64,000 nt of DNA from Squalus acanthias (lineage: Eukaryota): positions 62,001-126,000 of the forward strand of contig JASTWF010000338.1 in assembly GCA_030390025.1 (NCBI GenBank), given 5' to 3'. Positions 1 through 12,032 of this stretch are shown piece by piece (the stretch's first letter is position 1; the number at the start of each line of letters is the position of its first letter). Made by a program: the position numbers and the translations under genes. The notes under the pieces are model-generated. The model saw nothing but the letters and a program-made list of their open reading frames with translations, had not been told where the DNA came from and ran no database searches.

Positions 1-35
1 AGCCCAGCTGGTTGTCTCCTTGTCCCTTTAAAGGT

Positions 36-350
36 GGAGAGCGGAGACACCCTGTCTCAAAACACACCCCACCTGTTCATACTGAGAATCCCCGGGCAAG
101 GCCCAAGGCCCATAGTGTGGACACACCCCGGGGGAAAAGAGGAGGAGAGCGGGGACACCCTGTCTCAAAACACACCCCACCTGTTCATACTGAGAATCCC
201 CAGGCAAGGCCCAAGGCCCAGAGTGTGGACACACCCCGGGGGAAAGAGGAGGAGAGCGGGGACACCCTGTCTCAAAACACACCCCACCTGTTCCTACTGA
301 GAATCCCCGGGCAAGGCCCAGAGTGTGGTCACAGCCCGGGGGAAAAGGGG
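36..350 (+). repeat. 108-bp GC-rich tandem repeat (VNTR), 3 copies
   Basis: Unit GGAGAGCGGGGACACCCTGTCTCAAAACACACCCCACCTGTTCATACTGAGAATCCCCGGGCAAGGCCCAAGGCCCAGAGTGTGGACACACCCCGGGGGAAAAGAGGA starts at 36, 144 and 251. Confidence 0.95.
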
Positions 351-663
351 AGGAGTAGGGACTGAGGGACACCAAGCTTCAGTTTTAGAGCCTGTAGACT
401 TCAGGAGGGAAGACTGAGTTCAGTAGCTTTCGGATCCAGGGAGAGAACAAGGAGCAGATGGGGAGACTGGTGTGGATTCCAGCACAGTGAGGATGTAGCG
501 GGAGGGAGATTGTGTCGGGCCGTGTATTAGGGGTGTAGGAGGGACAAGAGAGGAAAGGTCAGAGGAGCAATTACTGCAGCAGTGTCTATGAATAGTGTGA
601 GAGAGAGAAGGTGGGGGTTAGAGTGGACCATGGGCAGTCTGTTAAACTGTCTGTTTGCTGTGA

Positions 664-1285
664 CTACACAGGATTACACAGGATATACGTCACAGAAACA
701 GGCCATTCGGCCCAACCAGTCCATGCCGGCGTTTATGCTCCACTCGAGCCTCCTCCCGTCTTTCCCCATCTAACTCTATCAGCATAACCCTCTATTCCCT
801 TCTCCCTCATATGCTTGTCTAGCCTCCCCTGAAATGCATCGATACTATTCGCTTCAACCACTCCCTGTGGGAGCGAGTTCCACATTCTCCCCACTCTCTG
901 GGTAAAGAAGTTTCTCCTGAATTCCCTATTGGATTTCTTGGTGACTATCTTATATTGATGGCCTCTAATTATGCTCTTCCCCACAAGTGGAAACACTCTC
1001 TCTGTATCTACTCTATCAAAACCTTTCATCATTTTAAAGACCTCTATTAGGTCACCCCTCAGCCTTCTTTTTTCAAGAGAAAAGAGACCCAGCCTGTCCA
1101 TCCTTTCCTGACAGGTATACCCTCTCATTTCTGGTATCATCCTTGTAAATCTTCTCTGCACCCTCTCCAGTGCCTCTATATCCTTTTTATAATATGGTGA
1201 CCAGAATTGTACACAGTGCTCCAAATGTGGTCCAACCAAGGTTCGATACAAGTTTAGCATAACTTCACTACTTTTCCATTCTATA
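664..1285 (-). mobile_element. CR1-clade LINE, 5'-truncated 3' end (ORF2 C-terminus plus 3' UTR)
   Basis: ORF 733-1260: LYRTLVGPHLEHCVQFWSPY...[13 protein letters not shown]...RRLRGDLIEVFK...RRNFFTQRV..MWNSLP. The tail ends in short TCCTGTGTA-type repeats. Confidence 0.92.
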
Positions 1286-2587
1286 ACAATTCAATTCTAC
1301 AACAATCGATCCCAATAATTGAACCCAATAGGTTAAAGTCTTAAGTCCAATTTTGTCAGCACGCTGCGACATTCGATGTCTGCTGATAACGGGAGATAAA
1401 TTCTTAAAACTGCTGGATCTCTTGCTCTGCCATCAACCTCTTATCAAACTGGAGCTGGCATTGCCTAATATGGTCGTCTCTGGCTACTGCACAGTCCAGA
1501 GACACAAGTCTGCATTTTCTTCAACACACATCAACAATGTTAGAAGCAGGTAAAAACACTGTGGCCTTCCTGGGGCAGCACAAACCACTAGTCTCCAGAC
1601 TTTCCTTATCCCAACATCATATTTCTGATCGAAACATTCTATGATGAAAATATCCAAGGCCAGTTGGTTGCAAACACCAGCTGTTGCTCAGTGAAATCTC
1701 TCTCTCTCTCTAATGATACTGACCACATTTCCCCCGATATCGAATGAACTAAACATGAACACCTTTCAGAAGCTGAATTAACCGAGGTCCATATGCCAAC
1801 ACCCCTCTCATCTTCCATTCACTTCAATTGAAAGGAAACCGACAGATTGGACCAGTCAGGATTTGAAAGATATTTACAACAGATTCTAGATGTTCTTAGA
1901 GTTGGGATCTTTCTCTATTCTGTCCACTCGAGGAGTTAGATAACAGACTTTCTCCTGTGAATATAGAGCTGGGGTATTGGGCCGTGATGTGTTCACTTGT
2001 TCATCTTGTTGACTCTAAGCCTTTGCCAATTATTTGATGTGATCTGTTTACTTGTAATTATTTTTTTTTAAATACACTTGCTGAGTGGATTCAAATTTAA
2101 ATTGAAAGCAGGTTTGCAGGCGTGATGCTCTATTCACACATCGAAGGTGAGAGAGATGCTGTGGGACACACGCTAAGTCCAGTAGCTGAAAGTGATTAAC
2201 AGACTGGGTTTTGTGTTTAGTGATCCCGGGCGTGTTACCGAGACCTTCCCTGGATACCAAGGCTAGGAGAGGCACTCTGGAAGGTATGGGGAGCTGGGAC
2301 TTGTCCATGAGAGTAACCGAAGGTACGAGAACTGAAATAATCTCGAGTTAGAGAGGAGAAAAGGCCCAAAAATGGAACAGTCGGTAACAGGACATCAATT
2401 AGTCTCCTCTTATCTTGGAGACATCAAATATCGACACACTGTGTTATTTGAAATGTCAAAATATTAAACTCCAGCCCAGTTATAGGACTTAACATCAGCA
2501 GAAACAAACCCCAACTGTCAGAATGAACACGATTCAGTCCGGGATGTGATTAACAGCAGCAATAACATCAGAATCCAACCACTTCAG

Positions 2588-2707
2588 TCACTTGTGAACT
2601 TGCTGGTGTCTCAGCAGGTGGGATGATCGAGTGAATCCCTTTCCACACACAGAGCAAGTGAACGGTCTCTCCCCAGTGTGAACTTGCTGGTGTCTCAGCA
2701 GGTGGGA
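2588..2707 (-). pseudogene. Terminal fragment of a C2H2 zinc-finger exon (1.5 fingers plus stop), truncated by satellite
   Basis: My translation of the minus strand: [39 protein letters not shown]. Not in the ORF track. The adjacent putative 3' UTR (~2530-2587) resembles 27490-27536. Confidence 0.9.
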
Positions 2708-4209
2708 TGCTGTGCCTGCCCTGGTAGTGTTTGATGAGACAGTGGAGAGGGAGCTTTACTCTGTATCTAACCCGTGCTGTTCCTGCCCTGGGATTGTTTG
2801 ATGGGACAGTGTCCAGGGAGCTTTACTCTGTATCTAACCCGTTCTGTACCTGCCCTGGCAGTGTTTGATGGGACAGTGTAGAGGGAGATTTACTCTGTAT
2901 CTAACCCGTGCTGTACCTGCCCTGGGAGTGTTTGATGGGACAGTGTAGAGGGAGCTTTACTCTGTATCTAACCCCTGCTGTACCTGCCCTTGGCGTATTG
3001 GATGGGACAGTGCAGAGGGAGCTTTACTCTGTATCTTACCCGTGCAGTACCTGCCCTGGGAGTTTTTGATGGGACAGTGTAGAGGGAGCTTTACTCTGAA
3101 TCTAAGCCGTGCTGTACCTGCCCTTGGAGTATTGGATGGGACAGTGTAGAAGGAGCCTTACTCTGTATCTAACCCATGCTGTACCTGCCCTGCGAGTGTT
3201 TGATGGGACAGTGCAGAGGGAGCTTTACTCTGTATCTAACCCGTGTTGTATCTGCCCTGGGAGTGTTTGATGGGACAGTGCAGAGGTAGCTTTACTCTGT
3301 ATCTAACCCGTGCTGTACCTGCCTTGGGAGTGTTTGATGGGACAGTGTTGAGGGAGCTTTACTCTGTATCTGTCGCGTGCTGTACCTGCCCTTGGAGTAT
3401 TGGATGGGACAGTGGCAGAGGGAGCTTTACTCTGTATCTAACCCGTGCTGTACCTGCCCTTGGAGTGTTTGATGGGACAGTGTAGAAGGAGCTTTACTCT
3501 GTATCTAACCCGTGCTGTACCTGCCCTGGGAGTGTTTGATGGGACAGTGTAGAGGGAGCTTTACTCTGTATCTAAGCCGTGCTGTACCTGCCTTGGGAGT
3601 GTTTGATGGGACAGTGTTGAGGGAGCTTTACTCTGTATCTGTCGCGTGCTGTACCTGCCCTTGGAGTATTGGATGGGACAGTGGCAGAGGGAGCTTTACT
3701 CTGTATCTAACCCGTGCTGTACCTGCCCTTGGAGTGTTTGATGGGACAGTGTAGAAGGAGCTTTACTCTGTATCTAACCCGTGCTGTACCTGCCCTGGGA
3801 GTGTTTGATGGGACAGTGTAGAGGGAGCTTTACTCTGTATCTAACCCGTGCTGTACCTGCCCTGGGAGTGTTTGATGGGACAGTGCAGAGGGAGCTTTAC
3901 TCTGTAGCTAACCCGTGTTGTATCTGCCCTGGGAGTGTTTGATGGGACAGTCTCGAGCGAGCTTTACTCTGTGTCAAACCCGTGCTGTACCTGCCCTGGG
4001 AGTGCTTGATGGGATAGTGTAGATGGAGCTTTACTCTGTATCTAACCCGTGCTGTTCCTGCCCTGGCAGTGTTTGATGGGACAGTGCAGTGGGGGTTTTA
4101 CTCTGTCTCTGACACCGTGCTGTACCTGCCCTGGGAGCGACTGGTTGGACAGTGCAGAGGGAGCTTTACTCTATCTAACCCGTGCTGTACCTGCCCTGGG
4201 AGTGTTTGA

Positions 4210-4602
4210 TGGACAAAATTGAGAGGTCGCACAACACCAGGTTATAGTCCAACAGTTTTATTTGAAATCACAAGCTTTCGGAGCTATCGATTTGCTCCTT
4301 CCTCAGGTGAAGTAAATTAGATACAGAATCTCCAAAGCATATATAGATGGAAAACAAAGCATGTGTACTTTACAATTGCAGACCAATAAATTAAATCATC
4401 CTGACTATCTGCCGAGGTGTGATAAAGTTAATTAAGTCAGCCAGGAAGGTACCACATCAAAGACATAGCAAGATACAACTGAGACAATGAGGTGTAGTCG
4501 CAGGGGTTCTAACGTGTCAAATGCTGCCGTCTGTATGTAAAACGAAAAGCTTTAACATTTTTTTACTTTTTTACTGGGAAAATTTTTACTTTTTTACTGG
4601 GA
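4210..4602 (-). mobile_element. Penelope-like element terminal (pLTR) fragment inserted in satellite
   Basis: Reverse complement of ~8950-9339. Contains the hammerhead motif and AATAAA. Confidence 0.85.
4268..4310 (-). ncRNA. Minimal type-I hammerhead ribozyme motif (family A)
   Basis: Minus strand: TCAC CTGAGGA A GGAGC aaatcgata GCTCC GAAA GC TT GTGA. Confidence 0.7.
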
Positions 4603-7600
4603 GTGTTTGATGGGACAGAGTAGAGGGAGCTTTACTCTGTATCTGTCGCGTGCTGTACCTGCGCTGGGAGTGTTTGATGAGACAGTGCAGAGGGAGTTTT
4701 ACTCTGTATCTAACCCGTGCTGTACCAGCCCTTGGAGTGTTTGATGGGACAGTGCAGAGGGAGCTTTAATCTGTATCTAGCGAGTGCTGTACCTGCTCTG
4801 GGAGTGTTTGATGGGACTGTGTAGAGGGAGATTTACTCTGTATCTAACCCGTGCTGTACCTGCCCTGGGAGTGTTTGATGGGACAGTGTTGAGGGAGCTT
4901 TACTCTGCATCTAAGCCGTGCTGCACCTGCCCTTGCAGTGTTTGATGGGACAGTGTAGAAGGAGCTTTACTCTGTATCTAACCCGTGCTGTAACTGCCCT
5001 GGGAGTGTTTGATGGGATAGTGTAGATGGAGCTTTACTCTGTATCTGACGCGTGCTGTACCTGCCCTGGGAGTGTTTGATGAGACAGTGTTGAGGGAGCT
5101 TTACTCTGTATTTAACCCGTGCTGTACCTGCCCTGGGTGTGTTTGATGGGACAGTGTTGAGGGAGCTTTACTCTGTATCTAACCTGTGCTGTACCTGCCC
5201 TGGGTGTGTTTGATGGGACAGTGTCGAGGGAGCTTTACTCTGTATCTAACTCGTGCTGTACCTGCCCTGGGAGTGTTTGATGGGACAGTGTAGAGGGAGC
5301 TTTACTCTGTATCTAACCCGTGCTGTAGCTGCCCTGGGAGTGTTTGCTGGGACAGTGTGGAGGGAGCTTTACTCCGTATCTAAGCCGTGCTGTACCGACC
5401 CTGGGAGTGTTTGATGGGACAGTATAGAGGGAGCTTTACTCTGGATCTAACCCGTGCTGTATCTGCCCTGCGAGTGTTTAATGGGACAGTGTAGAGGGAG
5501 CTTTACTCTGTATCTGACCCTTGCTGTACCTGCCCTGCGAGTGTTTGATGAGACAGTGTCGAGGGAACTTTACTCTGTATCTAACCCGTGCTGTATCTGC
5601 CCTGGGACTGTTTGATGGGACAGTGTAGAGGGAGCTTTACTCTGTATCTAACCCGTGCTGTACCTACCCTGGGAGTGTTTGATGGGACACTGTAGAGGGA
5701 GCTTTACTCTGTATCTAACCCATGCTGTTCCTGCCCTGGGAGTGTTTGATGGGAAAGTGTAGAGGGAGCTTTACTCTGTATCTAACCCGTGCTGTACCTG
5801 CCCTGGGAGTGATTGATGGGACAGTGTAGAGGGAGCTTTACTCTGTATCTAACCCGTGCTGTACCTGCCCTGGGAGTGTTTGATGGGATAGTGTAGAGCG
5901 AGCGTTGCTCTGCATCTAACCCGTGCTGTACCTGCCCTGGGAGTGTTTGATGGGACAGTGTAGAGGGAGCTTTCAGCTATATCTAACACGTGCTGTACCT
6001 GCCCTGGAAGTGTTTGATGGGACAGTGTAGAGGGAGCTTTACTCTGTATCTAAACCGTGCTGTCCCTGCCTTGGAAGTGTTTGATGGGACAGTTTGGAGG
6101 GAGCTTTACTCTGTATCTAACCTGTGCTGTTCCTGCCCTGGGAGTGTTTGATGGGACAGTGTAGAGGGACCTTTACTCTGTATCTAACCCGTGTTGTATC
6201 TGCCCTGGGAGTGTTTGATGGGACAGTGCAGAGGGAGCTTTACTCTATCTAACCCGTGCTGTACCTGCCCTGGGAGTGTTTGATGGGACAGTATAGAGGG
6301 AGCTTTACTCTGGATCTAACCCGTGCTGTATCTGCCCTGCGAGTGTTTAATGGGACAGTGTAGAGGTAGCTTTACTCTGTATCTGACCCTGGCTGTACCT
6401 GCCCTGCGAGTGTTTGATGAGACAGTGTCGAGGCAACTTTACTCTGTATCTAACCCGTGCTGTATCTGCCCTGGGACTGTTTGATGGGACAGTGTAGAGG
6501 GAGCTTTACTCTGTATCTAACCCGTGCTGTACCTACCCTGGGAGTGTTTGATGGGACAGTGTAGAGGGAGCTTTACTCTGTATCTATCACGTGCTGTACC
6601 TGCCCTGGGAGTGTTTGATGTGATAGTGTAGAGCGAGCGTTGCTCTGCATCTAACCCGTGCTGTACCTGCCGTGGGAGTGTTTGATGGGACAGTGTAGAG
6701 GGAGCTTTAAGCTATATCTAACACGTGCAGTACCTGCCCTGGAAGTGTTTGATGGGACAGTGTAGAGGGAGCTTTACTCTGTATCTAAACCGTGCTGTCC
6801 CTGCCTTGGAAGTGTTTGATGGGACAGTGTAGAGGGAGATTTACTCTGTATCTAACCCGGGCTGTACCTGCCCTGGAAGTGTTTGATGGGACAGTGTAGT
6901 GGGAGCTTTACTCTGTATCTAACCCGTGCTGTAACTGCCCTGGGAGTGTTTGATGGGACAGTGCAGAGGGAGCTTTACTCTGTATCTAACCCGTGCTGTA
7001 CCTGCACTGGAGTGTTTGATGGGACAGTGTTGAGGGAGCTTTACTCTGTATCTAACCCGTGCTGTACTTGCCCTGGGTGTGTTTCATGGGACAGTGTAGA
7101 GGGAGCTTTACTCTGTATCTAACCCGTGCTGTAGCTGCCCTGGGAGTGTTTAATGGGACAGTGTGGAGGGAGCTTTACTCTGTATCTAAGCTGTGCTGTA
7201 CCTGCCCTTGGAGTATTGGATGGGACAGTGTAGAAGGAGCCTTACTCTGTATCTAAACCATGCTGTACCTGCCCTGGGAGTGTTTGATGGGACAGTATAG
7301 AGGTAGCTTTACTCTGTATCTAACCCGTGTTGTATCTGCCCTGGGAGTGTTTGATGGGACAGTGTCGAGGGAGCTTTACTCTGTATCTCACCTGTGCTGT
7401 ACCTGCCCTGGGAGTGTTTGATGGGACAGTGTAGAGGGAGCTTTACTCTGTATCTAACCCGTGCTGTAGCTGCCCTGGGAGTGTTTGATGGGACAGTGTA
7501 GAGGGAGCTTTACTCTGTATCTAAGCCGTGCTATACCTGCCCTGGGAGTGTTTGATGGGACAGTGTTGAGGGAGCTTTACTCTGTATCTAACCTGTGCTG

Positions 7601-8754
7601 TTCCTGCCCTGGGAGTGTTTGATGGGACAGTGTAGAGGGACCTTTACACTGTATCTAACCCGTGTTGTATCTGCCCTGGGAGTGTTGGATGGGACAGTGT
7701 CGAAGGAGCCTTACTCTATATCTAAACCATGCTGTACCTGCCCTGGGAGTGTTTGATGGGACAGTGTAGAGGTAGCTTTACTCTGTATCTAACCCGTGTT
7801 GTATCTGCCCTGGGAGTGTTTGATGGGACAGTGTCGAGGGAGCTTTACTCTGTATCTAACCTGTGCTGTACCTGCCCTGGGAGTGTTTGATGGGACAGTG
7901 TAGAGGGAGCTTTACTCTGTATCTGAGCCGTGCTGTACCTGCCCTTGGAGTTTTGGATGGGACAGTGGCAGAGGGAGCTTTACTCTGTATCTAACCTGTG
8001 CTGTACCTGCCCTTGGAGTGTTTGATGGGACAGTGTAGAAGGAGCTTTACTCTGTATCTAACCCGTGCTGTACCTGCCCTGGGAGTGTTTGATGGGACAG
8101 TGTAGAGGGAGCTTTACTCTGTATCTAACCTGTGCTGTACCTGCGCAGGAGTGTTTGATGGGACAGTATAGAGGGAGCTTTACTCTGTATCTAACCCGTG
8201 CTGTATCTGCCCTGGGAGTGTTTGATGGGACAGTGTCCAGGGAGCTTTACTCTGTATCTAACCCGTGCTGTACCTGCCCTCGGAGTGTTTGATGGGACAG
8301 CGTAGAGGGAGCTTTACTCTGCATCTAACCCGTGCTTTACCTGCCCTGGGAGTGTTTGATGGCACAGTGTAGAGGGAGCTTTACTCTGTATCTCAGTCGT
8401 GCTGTACCTGCCCTGGGAGTGTTTGATGGGACAGTGTTGAGGGAGCTTTGCTCTGTTTTTATCCCGTGCTGTACCTGCCCTGGGAGTGTTTGATGGGTCA
8501 GTGTAGAGGGAGCTTTACTCTGTATCTAACCTGTGCTGTTCCTGCCCTGGGAGTGTTTAATGGGACAGTGTAGAGGGACCTTTACTCTGTATCTAACCCG
8601 TGTTGTAGCTGCCCTGGGAGTGTTTGATGGGACAGTGCAGAGGGAGCTTTACTCTATCTAACCCGTGCTGTACCTGCCCTGGGAGTGTTTGATGGGACAG
8701 TATAGAGGGAGCTTTACTCTGGATCTAACCCGTGTTGTATCTGCCCTGGGAGTG

Positions 8755-9372
8755 ATTCAGCCTCGGATCTGCGGGTAAGCGTTCTCCAAGGCAACCTTAG
8801 AAACACACGACAACGCAAAATCATCGAGCAGAAACTGATAGCCAAGTTCCGCACTCATGAAGACGGTCTCAATCGGGATCTTGGGTTTATGTCACGATAC
8901 ATGACGTGATCCGGACTCGAGTCGTCGTTAGCTTGTTCACAGATGTGATTCCCAGTAAAAAAGTAAAAATTTTCCCAGTAAAAAAGTAAAAATTTTAAAG
9001 CTTTTCGTTTTACATACAGACGGCAGCTTTTGACACGTTAGAACCCCTGCGACTACACCTCATTGTCTCAGTTGTATCTTGCTATGTCTTTGATGTGGTA
9101 CCTTCCTGGCTGACTTAATTAACTTTATCACACCTCGGCAGATAGTCAGGATGATTTGATTTAGTGGTCTGCAATTGTAAGGTACACATGCTTTGTTTTC
9201 TATCTATATATGCTTTGGCGATTCTGTATCTAATTTACTTCACCTGAGGAAGGAGCAATCGATAGCTCCGAAAGCTTGTGATTTCAAATAAAACTGTTGG
9301 ACTATAACCTGGTGTTGTGCGGCCTCTCAATTTTGTCCACCCCAGTCCAACACCGGCATCTCCGCATCATGA
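8755..9372 (+). mobile_element. Penelope-like element 3' end: GIY-YIG endonuclease C-terminus, 3' UTR, hammerhead and tail
   Basis: 8754-8909 translates (D)SASDLRVSVLQGNLRNTRQRKIIEQKLIAKFRTHEDGLNRDLGFMSRYMT*, matching the R...E..LI..F.T...GLN end of the PLE GIY-YIG domain. AATAAA at 9287-9292. Confidence 0.9.
9240..9281 (+). ncRNA. Minimal type-I hammerhead ribozyme motif (family A)
   Basis: Helix I TCAC/GTGA; core CTGAGGA(+A); helix II GGAGC/GCTCC; GAAA; palindromic AGCT in place of helix III; putative CUU cleavage triplet. Confidence 0.72.
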
Positions 9373-12032
9373 CCAGTGTTTTATAGGACAGTGTAGAGGC
9401 AGCTTCATCTGTATCTAACCCGTGCTGTACCTACCCTGGGAGTGTTTGATGGGATAGTGTAGAGGGAGCGTTACTCTGTATCTAACCCATGCTGTACCTG
9501 CCCTGGGAGTGTTTGATGGGACAGTGTAGAGGGAGCTTTACGCTATATCTAACCCGTGCTGTACCTGCCCTGGAAGTGTTTGATGGGACAGTGTAGAGGG
9601 AGCTTTACTCTGTATCTAAACCGTGCTGTACCTGCGTTGGAAGTGTTTGATGGGACAGTGTAGAGGGAGCTTTACTCTGTATCTAACCCGTGCTGTACCT
9701 GCCCTGGAAGTGTTTGATGGGACAGTGTAGAGGGAGCTTTAATCTGTATCTAACCCGTGCTGTACCTGCCCTGGGAGTGTTTGATGGGATAGTGTAGAGC
9801 GAGCGTTGCTCTGCATCTAACCCGTGCTGTACCTGCCCTGGGAGTGTTTGATGGGACAGTGTTAAGGGAGCTTTCAGCTATATCTAACACGTGCTGTACC
9901 TGCCCTGGAAGTGTTTGATGGGACAGTGTAGAGGGAGCTTTACTCTGTATCTAAACCGTGCTGTCCCTGCCTTGGAAGTGTTTGATGGGACAGTTTGGAG
10001 GGAGCTTTACTCTGTATCTAACCTGTGCTGTTCCTGCCCTGGGAGTGTTTGATGGGACAGTGTAGAGGGACCTTTACTCTGTATCTAACCCGTGTTGTAT
10101 CTGCCCTGGGAGTGTTTGATGGGACAGTGCAGAGGGAGCTTTACTCTATCTAACCCGTGCTGTACCTGCCCTGGGAGTGTTTGATGGGACAGTATAGAGG
10201 GAGCTTTACTCTGGATCTAACCCGTGCTGTATCTGCCCTGCGAGTGTTTAATGGGACAGTGTAGAGGTAGCTTTACTCTGTATCTGACCCTTGCTGTACC
10301 TGCCCTGCGAGTGTTTGATGAGACAGTGTCGAGGCAACTTTACTCTGTATCTAACCCGTGCTGTATCTGCCCTGGGACTGTTTGATGGGACAGTGTAGAG
10401 GGAGCTTTACTCTGTATCTAACCCGTGCTGTACCTGCCCTGGGAGTGTTTGATGGGATAGTGTAGAGCGAGCGTTGCTCTGCATCTAACCCGTGCTGTAC
10501 CTGCCGTGGGAGTGTTTGATGGGACAGTGTAGAGGGAGCTTTAAGCTATATCTAACACGTGCAGTACCTGCCCTGGAAGTGTTTGATGGGACAGTGTAGA
10601 GGGAGATTTACTCTGTATCTAAACCGTGCTGTCCCTGCCTTGGAAGTGTTTGATGGGACAGTGTAGAGGGAGATTTACTCTGTATCTAACCCGGGCTGTA
10701 CCTGCCCTGGAAGTGTTTGATGGGACAGTGTAGTGGGAGCTTTACTCTGTATCTAACCCGTGCTGTAACTGCCCTGGGAGTGTTTGATGGGACAGTGCAG
10801 AGGGAGCTTTACTCTGTATCTAACCCGTGCTGTACCTGCCCTGGAGTGTTTGATGGGACAGTGTAGAGGGAGCTTTACTCTGTATCTAACCCGTGCTGTA
10901 CTTGCCCTGGGTGTGTTTCATGGGACAGTGTAGAGGGAGCTTTACTCTGTATCTAACCCGTGCTGTAGCTGCCCTGGGAGTGTTTAATGGGACAGTGTGG
11001 AGGGAGCTTTACTCTGTATCTAAGCTGTGCTGTACCTGCCCTTGGAGTATTGAATGGGACAGTGTAGAAGGAGCCTTCCTCTGTATCTAAACCATGCTGT
11101 ACCTGCCCTGGGAGTGTTTGATGGGACAGTATAGAGGTAGCTTTACTCTGTATCTAACCCGTGTTGTATCTGCCCTGGGAGTGTTTGATGGGACAGTGTC
11201 GAGGGAGCTTTACTCTGTATCTCACCTGTGCTGTACCTGCCCTGGGAGTGTTTGATGGGACAGTGTAGAGGGAGCTTTACTCTGTATCTAACCCGTGCTG
11301 TAGCTGCCCTGGGAGTGTTTGATGGGACAGTGTAGAGGGAGCTTTACTCTGTATCTAAGCCGTGCTATACCTGCCCTGGGAGTGTTTGATGGGACAGTGT
11401 TGAGGGAGCTTTACTCTGTATCTAACCTGTGCTGTTCCTGCCCTGGGAGTGTTTGATGGGACAGTGTAGAGGGACCTTTACACTGTATCTAACCCGTGTT
11501 GTATCTGCCCTGGGAGTGTTGGATGGGACAGTGTAGAGGGAGCTTTACTCTGTATCTAACCCGTGCTGTAGCTGCCCTGGGAGTGTTTGATGGGACAGTG
11601 TAGAGGGAGCTTTACTCTGTATCTAAGCCGTGCTATACCTGCCCTGGGAGTGTTTGATGGGACAGTGCAGAGGGAGCTTTACTCTGCATCTAACCCGTGC
11701 TGTACCTGCCCTGGGAGTGTTTGATGGGACAGTGTAGAGGGAACTTTACTCTGTATCTAACCCATGCTGTACCTGTCCTGGGAGTGTTTGATGGGACAGT
11801 GTAGAGGGGGCTTTACTCCGTATCTAACCCGTGCTGCAGCTGCCCTGGGAGTGTTTGATGGGACAGTTTAGAGGGAGCTTTACTCTGCAACTAACCTGTG
11901 CTGTTCCTGCCCTGGGAGTGTTTGATGGGACAGTGTAGAGGGGGCTTTACTGTGTATCTAACCCGTTCTGTACCTGCCCTGGGAGTGTTTGATGGGAAAG
12001 TATCGAACGAGCATTACTCTGTCTGTTACCCG

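Noticed and set aside
12..375. ORFs across the 108-bp VNTR (also at 38814-39304 and 47172-47828)
   Set aside because: Open in several frames on both strands because of composition; 107- and 100-bp units break the frame; no recognisable domain
2767..2773. Telomere-like CTAACCC in each monomer
   Set aside because: A single 7-mer with no (CCCTAA)n tract; too short to infer telomeric function
2708..2800. The satellite monomer itself as a hammerhead ribozyme, as in newt satellite 2 or cricket pDo500
   Set aside because: The consensus has no CUGANGA or GAAA core on either strand; only a weak hairpin is possible
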